Positions 57,501 to 64,000 of a stretch of DNA of 64,000 nucleotides are shown piece by piece. Every line of letters starts with the position of its first letter. Within the stretch, counting starts at the first letter, position 1. The DNA comes from Candidatus Woesebacteria bacterium (GTDB lineage Bacteria > Patescibacteriota > Microgenomatia > UBA1400 > UBA12108), in NCBI GenBank assembly GCA_018060845.1, contig JAGOVG010000002.1, forward strand, positions 96,213 through 160,212. The letters are read 5' to 3'. The notes beneath the pieces were generated by a model. That model was given only the letters and a program-made list of their open reading frames with translations, did no database searches and was not told the origin of the DNA. The translations under genes and the position numbers were made by a program.

Positions 57501-58033
57501 TTGCCGATATCGACGAAAAGAAAGGGTTGAAAGCTACCATTGCTGCAATCATCAAAACGGCTCGCACCGTTGTCACCAAGACCAAGCAGCAGGAGATGGC
57601 ATTCCTCCTCCTGGCTGACGAAGGTGGGGAGATCGAGGCGGTAGTGTTCCCTAAGACTTATGCCGAGGTCAAAAGTGTCTTGATCCCCAACAGCGTCGTA
57701 ATGGTCAAAGGTAAGGTAGAGGAGAGGGAAGATAGATTATCTCTCATCGTCGACTCTATTACTCCTGTCACCGAGCAGGCTGACACTGCGGAATCATCTG
57801 ATGCTAAACCAGTCGACCCCAACACAATTGTTATCCCTCGTGGCACGTCAAAAGCGACACTGTTTGAACTAAACAAACTCCTCCAGGAAAACAAGGGTGA
57901 TGATTCTGTTACTCTGATCTTCCAGAACGGTCACAGTGATCGTGAACTTAAGCTGCCATTCGGGATAAAGTTAGACAGCAAGCTAAGAGAAATAATAACG
58001 TCCTTGCTTAAAGTCACAGAGATGAATAATTAG
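54575..58033 (+). CDS. dnaE: DNA polymerase III alpha subunit
   Basis: 1152 aa. The N-terminal PHP domain (LHVHTQYSLLDG) is present. The polymerase core motifs GPGRGSAAGA and the beta-binding region are present. The C-terminal OB fold is present. Confidence 0.9.
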   Translation: MSLDFNHLHVHTQYSLLDGLSKDEDLAAAAKSYGMDAVALTDHGVMYGAIHFYNVMKSNGLKPIIGMEAYYTTGSRHDKTKEHKTHHQLLLAKNLTGYHNLLKLASLAHLEGFYYKPRVDWEILEKHHEGLIATSSCAQGEIPWLLGKGEIAKAEERLKEYLRIFGDDYYIELQRHDGLENLLKPLNEQLLILSRKYGIPLIATNDVHYVRKDDARAQDALLAIQTRTTLDDANRFTMIDSPTYYFKSQDEMSDLFSDLPEALTNTRKIVDKVDLIIPTGKMIYPKYPVPEGSTPELYLRQLVMEKVGDRYPGAGPDIQERIDYELGVICDKGYASYFLIVQDFINWAKSNGIRIGPGRGSAAGAIVSYILRITSVDPIYHGLQFERFLNPQRPSPPDIDVDIADVGRDRVIEYVTQKYGEDKVAQVITFGTMEAKAAVRDIGRVLGMPYSEPDMISKLIPMGSSLDEALTGVAELTELYKNPKYKELIDLAKRVEGSARHSSVHAAAVIIADAPLTNYTPLQRDTKEGKVTTQYDMYALDLNVKPDAVGLLKMDFLGLRNLTILQNAVKLIQETRGHRVDLSGLALDDKKVFELLSRGETTGIFQMESGGMRRLAKQLKPDVFGDIVALIALYRPGPMALIPEFVKGKLEPDSVKYLHPDLKPILGETYGIAVYQEQVLKIANVMAGYSLGEADILRRAMGKKSVETMKKEHTKFLKESVIHGYSEDIAEKVWSFIERFAGYGFNKAHATSYAMIAYQTAYLKAHYPVEYMTALMSAEAGREDKMSLCLEECRSMGIIVLPPDINKSQNDFSVIEDAKSLDKKAIRFGFSAIKNVGTAAIDNILIERTGAGEYQSFTDFIKRVDNQKVNKKVLESLIKVGAFDAYGKRAVILDEIERVRLKVGKTTSEKNSNQGGLFDSLIDEEVSIVDKWESTKTEFSSRELMEMERELLGIYLREHPSQKILKKAKNEWTTNIADIDEKKGLKATIAAIIKTARTVVTKTKQQEMAFLLLADEGGEIEAVVFPKTYAEVKSVLIPNSVVMVKGKVEEREDRLSLIVDSITPVTEQADTAESSDAKPVDPNTIVIPRGTSKATLFELNKLLQENKGDDSVTLIFQNGHSDRELKLPFGIKLDSKLREIITSLLKVTEMNN

Positions 58034-58043
58034 CTAATTCTCA

Positions 58044-58331
58044 TTAACCTAAATTGTTGACTATTTCATTAAATCTGATGTATGCACCTAATACTATTCC
58101 ACAAAAACCAAATCCTTGACTAGGCTTTGTATCTGAGGCATGAGTTGCTACTTCGATTATAAGTCCTCCAACCGCTCCAATTATTCCACCAACCATACCC
58201 CAGCCAACCATACTTAGAATATCCTCACCGCTAATTTTTGGTTCAAAGTTAATTTTATTTATCCCAAGTAAAAGTTCGTGTGGATTTAGTCCAATTTTAG
58301 ACATCTCTACGAATAACTCTTCTCCGATCAT
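58044..58331 (-). CDS. glycine-zipper small membrane protein (95 aa), hypothetical
   Basis: The GWGMVGGIIGAVGGLIIEV GxxxG-repeat helix is present. It lies in an AT-rich region. Confidence 0.4.
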   Translation of the reverse strand: MIGEELFVEMSKIGLNPHELLLGINKINFEPKISGEDILSMVGWGMVGGIIGAVGGLIIEVATHASDTKPSQGFGFCGIVLGAYIRFNEIVNNLG

Positions 58332-58373
58332 ATTTTTATTCCTTTTAAGTCATTTAAAACTATTTAATAAATA

Positions 58374-58664
58374 TTAACTGCTTGCTAGTAATATTCCACC
58401 CATCGCCACTGCAAATATTCCCAATCCAGCACCAACAACTCCACCTAGTCTTTCTGCTTCCTGGGTATTTTGTTTGCCGTTCAATCCATGTCTATTAGTA
58501 GCAGTTTTGCCAATACTTTCTCCTATTAACCACCCTGATCCTCCAGCTATAAAAACTAATAACATACCTTGAATTCCCGCTGTTAACCATGGATGTTCTA
58601 CTAAAAATTTACCTGCTTCCCCCGCAAGTTCCAGACCATGCTGTAATATTGTTTCTGTATCCAT
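58374..58664 (-). CDS. glycine-zipper small membrane protein (96 aa), hypothetical
   Basis: Two Gly-zipper helices are present (GMLLVFIAGGSGWLIG and GGVVGAGLGIFAVAMGGILLA). It is adjacent to the 95-aa relative. Confidence 0.4.
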   Translation of the reverse strand: MDTETILQHGLELAGEAGKFLVEHPWLTAGIQGMLLVFIAGGSGWLIGESIGKTATNRHGLNGKQNTQEAERLGGVVGAGLGIFAVAMGGILLASS

Positions 58665-58723
58665 ATCAGATGTGTATTATAAGGTATTGATTTATTCTGT
58701 CCATTCGGTATATATTTGGTTAT

Positions 58724-58984
58724 ATGATCCAAAGAATATCCGAACCAGTCTCAGTCATAACTACCTTTGATGCCGGGGAGCGTAAGGTCAGACCAGTCGA
58801 GCTCACCTGGTCCAGGCGCACATATCCAGTCAGTCAGGTTGGTCTGCGCCATACATATAAGGATGGCAATACTCGCCACCACGTCTTTTCAGTAATCTCT
58901 GACGATCTCTTCTTCCGCCTTAATCTCAATGCCGACACACTCCACTGGACACTAGAGGAGGTCTCCGATGGTCTCCCAGATTAA
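58724..58984 (+). CDS. hypothetical protein (86 aa)
   Basis: ORF in the AT-rich island. I found no recognised motif. Confidence 0.3.
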   Translation: MIQRISEPVSVITTFDAGERKVRPVELTWSRRTYPVSQVGLRHTYKDGNTRHHVFSVISDDLFFRLNLNADTLHWTLEEVSDGLPD

Positions 58985-59018
58985 TTAATACTACAGTAGT
59001 GCTAAAATAGCTAAAACT

Positions 59019-60089
59019 ATGGGACAAGAATTTCTTATACCAACGACTATTGAAGGGAATAATGTCCCTTTAAGTTCTCAAGAAATGGATTTTTTGAGAA
59101 CTTCATTATCTGAGGAAATTAGATCATCGAATATTAATCCGTACTTACTAAGTTTAGTTTTTACACAAAATGTTAAAAGTACTGGGTTGATGCATTTTAA
59201 AAGTCCGAACAAATTCTTAGTAATTACAGATAGATCTTCTGAAGGTCAATCCTGGAATAAAATTCATACATTGCAAACATTATCGCTATTCCCTCATGAG
59301 CTAGAGCATTATAATCAGACAAGAATAAGTGCAGAATTAAGACCAGAAGGCAAGTGGGATAGTGTTTGGGTTGTCCCAAAATTCTTGAGAGAAGGTCAAG
59401 CCATACTAAGAGAGAAATTTAGAGCAATCAATATACATAACAAAACTTTTATATCTCAATCACCGCTATCTACAGTACTCGTATTAAGAGAAAGTAAAAA
59501 TGAAAAAATTATCTTTAGTCCTCAGACAATTAAAAACTTTCTTCTAGGAAGTCAGATAGAAAATTATCAAAAAGATGTCTTATCAAACGACCCAAATCTT
59601 ATGAGAGTGAAGTATCTAGAGTATCTTTTACTATATATTTCATTGTGTGCAATTAGAGAAGATATATCACCAAACACGTTAATTAACTACATGTCTACTA
59701 TGAGTAAAGTTGGGACAATATCTCCCTCAGAATCAGATAATTTAGATAAATCCATTTTAGAGCCTTACAACAACAGTCTTCACATGGGCAAAATACTAAA
59801 AGAAGCGGATAAGATAGGTCATGAAATTCAGAAAATTTACTACAGTGAAACTAGACTTGAGTATTCAGCTAGTCTTGCTTGTACACTTAGAGATAAGTTG
59901 AGAGGTGGAGCTGCTGTAGAAACTATCAAGCCTAAGGCTAAACCAATTACAGACCTAAATAGAGATATCATTAGCAGACTAATACCAAACAATCTTCCAT
60001 TAGAAGCCTTGTTACCTTTCGCCAACGAACTATCTAGTTTGCTATTTTCTTGGGGAAATAAGGTTTATGATGAGCTCATTAGTATTTAA
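59019..60089 (+). CDS. hypothetical protein (356 aa) with HExxH motif
   Basis: LFPHELEHYNQ (HELEH) is present. Codon usage is AT-rich. It overlaps the dinB start by about 20 nt. Confidence 0.4.
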   Translation: MGQEFLIPTTIEGNNVPLSSQEMDFLRTSLSEEIRSSNINPYLLSLVFTQNVKSTGLMHFKSPNKFLVITDRSSEGQSWNKIHTLQTLSLFPHELEHYNQTRISAELRPEGKWDSVWVVPKFLREGQAILREKFRAINIHNKTFISQSPLSTVLVLRESKNEKIIFSPQTIKNFLLGSQIENYQKDVLSNDPNLMRVKYLEYLLLYISLCAIREDISPNTLINYMSTMSKVGTISPSESDNLDKSILEPYNNSLHMGKILKEADKIGHEIQKIYYSETRLEYSASLACTLRDKLRGGAAVETIKPKAKPITDLNRDIISRLIPNNLPLEALLPFANELSSLLFSWGNKVYDELISI

Positions 60090-61326
60090 TCCAACCATCC
60101 CTCGCGTCATGCACATCGACCTCAACTCCTGCTTTGCCAGCGTCGAGCAGCAGGCCAACCCACTCCTTAGACACAGGCCAGTCGCTGTCGTCCACACCGA
60201 TGCTCCCTATGGCTGCATCCTAGCTCCCAGCGTCGAAGCCAAGCTCTGGGGGGTCAAGACAGGCATGACTCTATCCGAGGGTAGGGAACGCTGTCCCATC
60301 CTCATTTCACGCATTGCTGACCCACCCAAATATAGGGAGGTCCATCATCGCTTTGCCACCTTGCTCTCAGATTACGCACCTCACCCTTTAGCCAAATCGA
60401 TTGACGAATTTGTTTTAACATTACCATCATGTAGGGGTGATCTTTACGATCACCCATGTGATCCATACGCGATCGTCCAAGAAATCAAATCACGTATAAA
60501 AAAGGAGATTGGTGATTATCTGCGAGTCAGTGTCGGTATCAGTACCAACCAAAATCTAGCCAAGCTAGCCTCAGGTCTACACAAACCAGATGGGTTTGAC
60601 GTAATTGATCACACCAACTATCTCGATGTCTACAAAAATATTGAACTTCAAGATTTTTGTGGGATCAATATTCGCAACGAAGCACGCTTGCACAAAGTGG
60701 GGATCTTTACCCCACTGCAGTTTTACTACGCTAGTCGCCAGACCCTCAAAGCTGCCTTTGAGTCAGTCCTTGGTGACTATTGGCACGCCCGCCTAAGGGG
60801 GTACGAGGTGGACGATGTCGAGTTTCAGACCCGTAGCTATGGCCAGTCCTATGTCCTGCCGCACCCCATGGCTCGGGATGAGTGGTATCCCATCATGGCC
60901 AAGCTGGCGAGTAAAGCTGGCAGGCGTATGCGCCGAGATGGCTACAGTGCTAGCGCTACTCACATTAGTCTCCGCTACTCGGACCACACCTCATATAAGC
61001 TCGGTCACAAATTAAAGACTACTCTCCAGTCAGACCATGATCTAATCGCAGCTATTAGCGCTCTAATACCAAAAGTAAAAAGTGACCGCGTCACCCCGGA
61101 GCTCGCAGAGCGAAGGGTGAAAAAAGTAGCTATTACTCTCTTTGGCATTGGTCGCGACGACAACCAGGAGAGCTTGTTTATCGACAAAGTAAAAGAGAAG
61201 AGGTTAGTAACTGCCCTGGACGGTCTCAATACTCGCTACGGCGACTACACCATCTCCTATGCCTCACTCATGGGCTCCGCTGGCCACGTCAGGGATGCTA
61301 TCGCATTTGGGAAAATAGATACGTAA
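60067..61326 (+). CDS. dinB: Y-family DNA polymerase (DinB/Pol IV-like)
   Basis: N-terminal MHIDLNSCFASVEQ is present with the catalytic region VSVGISTNQNLAKLAS. The start is possibly at 60109. Confidence 0.8.
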   Translation: MMSSLVFNPTIPRVMHIDLNSCFASVEQQANPLLRHRPVAVVHTDAPYGCILAPSVEAKLWGVKTGMTLSEGRERCPILISRIADPPKYREVHHRFATLLSDYAPHPLAKSIDEFVLTLPSCRGDLYDHPCDPYAIVQEIKSRIKKEIGDYLRVSVGISTNQNLAKLASGLHKPDGFDVIDHTNYLDVYKNIELQDFCGINIRNEARLHKVGIFTPLQFYYASRQTLKAAFESVLGDYWHARLRGYEVDDVEFQTRSYGQSYVLPHPMARDEWYPIMAKLASKAGRRMRRDGYSASATHISLRYSDHTSYKLGHKLKTTLQSDHDLIAAISALIPKVKSDRVTPELAERRVKKVAITLFGIGRDDNQESLFIDKVKEKRLVTALDGLNTRYGDYTISYASLMGSAGHVRDAIAFGKIDT

Positions 61327-61536
61327 CTACGATTGATTATTCTTAGTCATTTCTTTGCTCAGAAGAATGGCTTTTTGTATAATATTCTCTAATTCTTCAT
61401 CAGAAAGTGGTTTTGGTTGAAATTCAGGATATTGGCTATCTTTTACGTTAAAACTTGAAAGATGATCATAATAAAAGCTGTCATGTAAAGGTTTTGTCAT
61501 ATAACCCATAGTATACCAAAGAGTATACTAAATGTC

Positions 61537-62049
61537 ATGTCACATCCTTATACGCTTATCCGCTCGCTCCGTAGTACGGTTAGTCTCCAGATAAAAAGGG
61601 GAGGTGAGATAGTGGTGCGCGCCCCACATCTTTACCCCAGATATCTGATTGATAGATTTGTCGAGAGTAAGGAGAGGTGGCTTGAGAAGAGGATAAATGA
61701 GCAGGCAAAAACGATGGTAGCACCAACACCATTCTGCACAGAGGATGAGCTGAAAATATTAATCCAAAAGCAAATCACCCACTACTCAACTATCATGTCA
61801 CTATCTCCGCGCTCGCTCCGCTTTACCCATGTCCGTACCTACTGGGGCAGCTGTGGTCCGACAGGGGTGATCTCCTTTAACCTCAAACTAGTCGAGACCA
61901 GTCCCGAAGCAGTCGAGTATGTCGTAGTGCACGAGCTCGCTCACCTTAGGTGGCGTGGACATGGTGTCAGGTTTTGGGAAATGGTCAAAAAATACTATCC
62001 TCAGGTAGCTGAAATTAAAAAAGAACTACGTCACTTCCCACGAGACTAA
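61537..62049 (+). CDS. YgjP-like (DUF45/COG1451) metal-dependent hydrolase
   Basis: VVVHELAHLRWRGHGVRFWEMV matches the HExxH-x4-H-x3-FW signature of the family. Confidence 0.65.
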   Translation: MSHPYTLIRSLRSTVSLQIKRGGEIVVRAPHLYPRYLIDRFVESKERWLEKRINEQAKTMVAPTPFCTEDELKILIQKQITHYSTIMSLSPRSLRFTHVRTYWGSCGPTGVISFNLKLVETSPEAVEYVVVHELAHLRWRGHGVRFWEMVKKYYPQVAEIKKELRHFPRD

Positions 62050-62056
62050 TTTACTT

Positions 62057-63247
62057 TTATCTAACTAGTACTATCGCCGTAGGAAGGCTCCTGCCTGGTC
62101 CTACTTTGTAAGAGCCATCGATCCAAAGAGCCGATGACCCACCCCCATCAAGGTTAAGGGCGTTCTGTAGTCCTAGTGTCTTAAGCACTTCGGCAGTGTC
62201 AGCGAGGTTAGCGGCAAAGACATGCCCAATGACTATTGCCCCATCTTTAGTACCAATAAATCCACGCGTACCCTTACTTCCTTCATCCCCGGTTGCTACG
62301 TTTCCATCACGGAGTAATCGGGGGAAGTTAGCAATAGCTCCATTACTCCCCGTATCCACTCCCCACTGAACTGTCTGGTCATAAAATGATAGTGATGTCC
62401 CATACATCGCAACTAGTGGGACAGTCGAGTAAACATTGTTCGCTCGGTTATGCACCGACTTATTCCGTCCGTTGACCGCTAGGGTATCAAAACTATTTAC
62501 TTTCCCTTGACATCTGGGGTAGTCAGGCGGGCAAAAGTAAGCGCCATTTATCCCGGCAAACCCACCTGATGCGGCGATATGCTCTGCCAGGCTCTTGGTC
62601 GGGCAGTTATCAGTACAGTCCGACTCACCCGCAGTCTCAACTATTGCTCGTGCGCCTGGTGCCACAATCAGCGATATTACAAACTCACCTCGTCCCGTAC
62701 TTACTTTTTGTCGACTATATCCACTACCTGGTGCGGTATTGCTACTAGCTGCAGTCGGTGTAGATACTTTGGGGACAGATGAAGCAATTACTTTATCTAT
62801 TTCCGCTCGTACTTTTACACCCTGTTCATTTGCTTCAGACCACTTCTTTTCACCAAGTAGTCCCAAAAACTTGGCTAGTGCCAGGTCAACTGCACTCGTT
62901 TTGCCACCAGCAATCACTAGGTCCGATCTATCTTCAAATAACTGCTGGGCTGATAGATATGATTTTTGGATATTCGATATCTCTGCCGAGAGACTAGCAT
63001 TCTTAACTACCTGATCATCGTTCTGGAGTGCTGTTAGTTCACTTAGTTTATCTTCTAACTGGGTATCCAGCGTGCCGACCAATACTTCTTTAGACTCTAT
63101 TTCGGCGACCAGTCCCTGCTGTGCTTGTGTCACCTCCCACCAGGAGAGTCCTAATCCACCAATGATCGCGATCAGATACGATGCAATCAGCATTCTAAAT
63201 GGCAGACTGTTTACAAAACTAATCCAGATTAATTTAATTTTTTTCAT
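62057..63247 (-). CDS. membrane-anchored phosphodiester-glycosidase-family (NAGPA-like) protein with coiled-coil linker
   Basis: N-terminal TM helix is followed by a coiled coil. The C-terminal LNLDGGGSSALWIDG motif is characteristic of the phosphodiester glycosidase (DUF2233) domain. Confidence 0.55.
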   Translation of the reverse strand: MKKIKLIWISFVNSLPFRMLIASYLIAIIGGLGLSWWEVTQAQQGLVAEIESKEVLVGTLDTQLEDKLSELTALQNDDQVVKNASLSAEISNIQKSYLSAQQLFEDRSDLVIAGGKTSAVDLALAKFLGLLGEKKWSEANEQGVKVRAEIDKVIASSVPKVSTPTAASSNTAPGSGYSRQKVSTGRGEFVISLIVAPGARAIVETAGESDCTDNCPTKSLAEHIAASGGFAGINGAYFCPPDYPRCQGKVNSFDTLAVNGRNKSVHNRANNVYSTVPLVAMYGTSLSFYDQTVQWGVDTGSNGAIANFPRLLRDGNVATGDEGSKGTRGFIGTKDGAIVIGHVFAANLADTAEVLKTLGLQNALNLDGGGSSALWIDGSYKVGPGRSLPTAIVLVR

Positions 63248-63287
63248 CTGGCTATATACTATATACTATTTGCTATATACTACGTAT

Positions 63288-64000
63288 ATGGCCGACCGAT
63301 TTAGCGCAATATGGCTCTCACATAGTAGTATTAGTAACTTCAAAAACTGTCCTCGTGCGTACTATCTTAGTAGTATTTATCGAGATCCCCGTACTGGGCA
63401 CAAAATTACTCTTGTCACCCCCAGCATGTCGCTCGGTTCGGCAGTCCATGATGTTCTCGAATCCCTTTCCGTTTTACCGACAGTCGACCGCTTTAAAGTC
63501 TCCCTCATTGACCGCTTTCAGTCTGCCTGGGAAAAGGTGAGTGGTCAGCTCGGTGGCTTTGATAGTCAGGAGACAGAGGCTAGGTATAAGAGTAGGGGTG
63601 AAGAAATGTTGCGCCGCGTCTTGGCCCATCCAGGTCCACTAGGGGAGAAGGCTGTTAAGATCAAGATGGATCTCCCTCAGTATTGGCTATCCGAAGAAGA
63701 CAATCTCATGCTCTGCGGCAAACTAGACTGGCTAGAATATAACGAGATAGATGACTCGGTCTCTATCCTCGACTTCAAAACCGGCTTAGGCGAGGAGAGT
63801 GTCGACTCCCTCCAGCTACCGATCTACTATCTGCTCGCCCACAACTGTCAGACCAGAGATGTCAAAAAAGCTAGTTATTGGTACATCGCCAGGGATGATA
63901 TGCCGATCGAAAAAAAGCTACCTGATCTAGATCACTCTTATAATCTTGTGCTAAAAGTCGGCAAAGAGATGAAGCTGGCTCGTCAGCTGCAGAGATTTAA
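63288..64000 (+). CDS. PD-(D/E)xK nuclease-superfamily protein (RecB/Cas4-like fold), 3'-truncated by window end
   Basis: This frame is absent from the ORF track because it has no stop in the window. It translates to MADRFSAIWLSHSSISNFKNCPRAYYL...GSAVHDVLE...KLDWLEYNE...ILDFKTG. These are the N-terminal SxS..CP..YY motifs and the D...ExK / DFKTG motifs of RecB-family nucleases. Confidence 0.55.
   Translation, partial: MADRFSAIWLSHSSISNFKNCPRAYYLSSIYRDPRTGHKITLVTPSMSLGSAVHDVLESLSVLPTVDRFKVSLIDRFQSAWEKVSGQLGGFDSQETEARYKSRGEEMLRRVLAHPGPLGEKAVKIKMDLPQYWLSEEDNLMLCGKLDWLEYNEIDDSVSILDFKTGLGEESVDSLQLPIYYLLAHNCQTRDVKKASYWYIARDDMPIEKKLPDLDHSYNLVLKVGKEMKLARQLQRF

Noticed and set aside
61327-61509. 60-aa minus-strand ORF between dinB and the YgjP-like gene
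   Set aside because: There is no motif. It is short and sits in a spacer that more plausibly holds the promoter of the YgjP-like gene.
63355-63540. Track ORF of 61 aa on the + strand
   Set aside because: A different + frame starting at 63288 stays open to the window end and encodes clear RecB/Cas4-like nuclease motifs. The listed 61-aa ORF is an off-frame artefact within that gene.
1-64000. CRISPR arrays, transposases/IS elements, integrases, rRNA genes
   Set aside because: I scanned the intergenic regions and all ORF translations. I found no regularly spaced direct repeats, no DDE or tyrosine/serine recombinase motifs, and no rRNA-like sequence.

Overview
This 64-kb window is a gene-dense bacterial chromosomal segment read with the standard genetic code (TGA is used as a stop, for example at the end of ftsZ). 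I count about 80 protein-coding genes and 4 tRNA genes. I found no rRNA, CRISPR array, transposase or integrase. The backbone is housekeeping. It starts with a compact division/cell-wall block: dgkA-like kinase, mraY, murI, murD, ftsW, murG, ftsQ-like, ftsA, ftsZ. It then runs through greA, an ileS gene preceded by a putative T-box leader with a terminator/antiterminator, a second SEDS protein (rodA-like), rplU, an amino-methyltransferase and rpmA, an orphan parB, and lepB. A Wzx/Wzy-type surface-glycan locus spans about 20.7-33.9 kb and is bounded by tRNA-Val(CAC) and tRNA-Thr(CGT). It holds GT2 and GT4 glycosyltransferases, methyltransferases, a GNAT, and a 693-aa secreted protein with a C39-like cysteine-peptidase domain. 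After that come hpt, a HAD hydrolase, a bacterial Elp3 homolog (radical-SAM plus GNAT), eno-gpmI-pyk, lemA-htpX, gatCAB, dnaE and a Y-family polymerase. The reduced, salvage-oriented gene content, the translationally coupled overlapping genes, and the frequent -10-like boxes directly before start codons suggest a small-genome lineage. It may be CPR/Patescibacteria-like, but that is inference only. AT-richer accessory patches with hypothetical proteins lie at about 9.5-12.5 kb, 34.8-36.2 kb, 38.4-43.4 kb (next to the 3' end of tRNA-Gly) and 58.0-60.1 kb (between dnaE and dinB). The most interesting candidates are as follows. (1) The tRNA-Gly-adjacent island: two DUF1801-like proteins, a membrane-anchored HExxH protein, a SixA-like phosphatase and a GrpB-like nucleotidyltransferase-fold protein. 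(2) The dnaE/dinB inter-gene island, with two glycine-zipper mini-proteins and an HExxH protein. (3) A stand-alone zinc-ribbon / coiled-coil / PD-(D/E)xK nuclease protein. (4) The T-box leader on ileS. (5) A 20-nt duplication of the tRNA-Thr 3' end, which looks like an integration scar. (6) A MATCAP/DUF1704-like metallocarboxypeptidase cassette. I could not confidently assign any of these to a known, named defence or mobile system from sequence alone.
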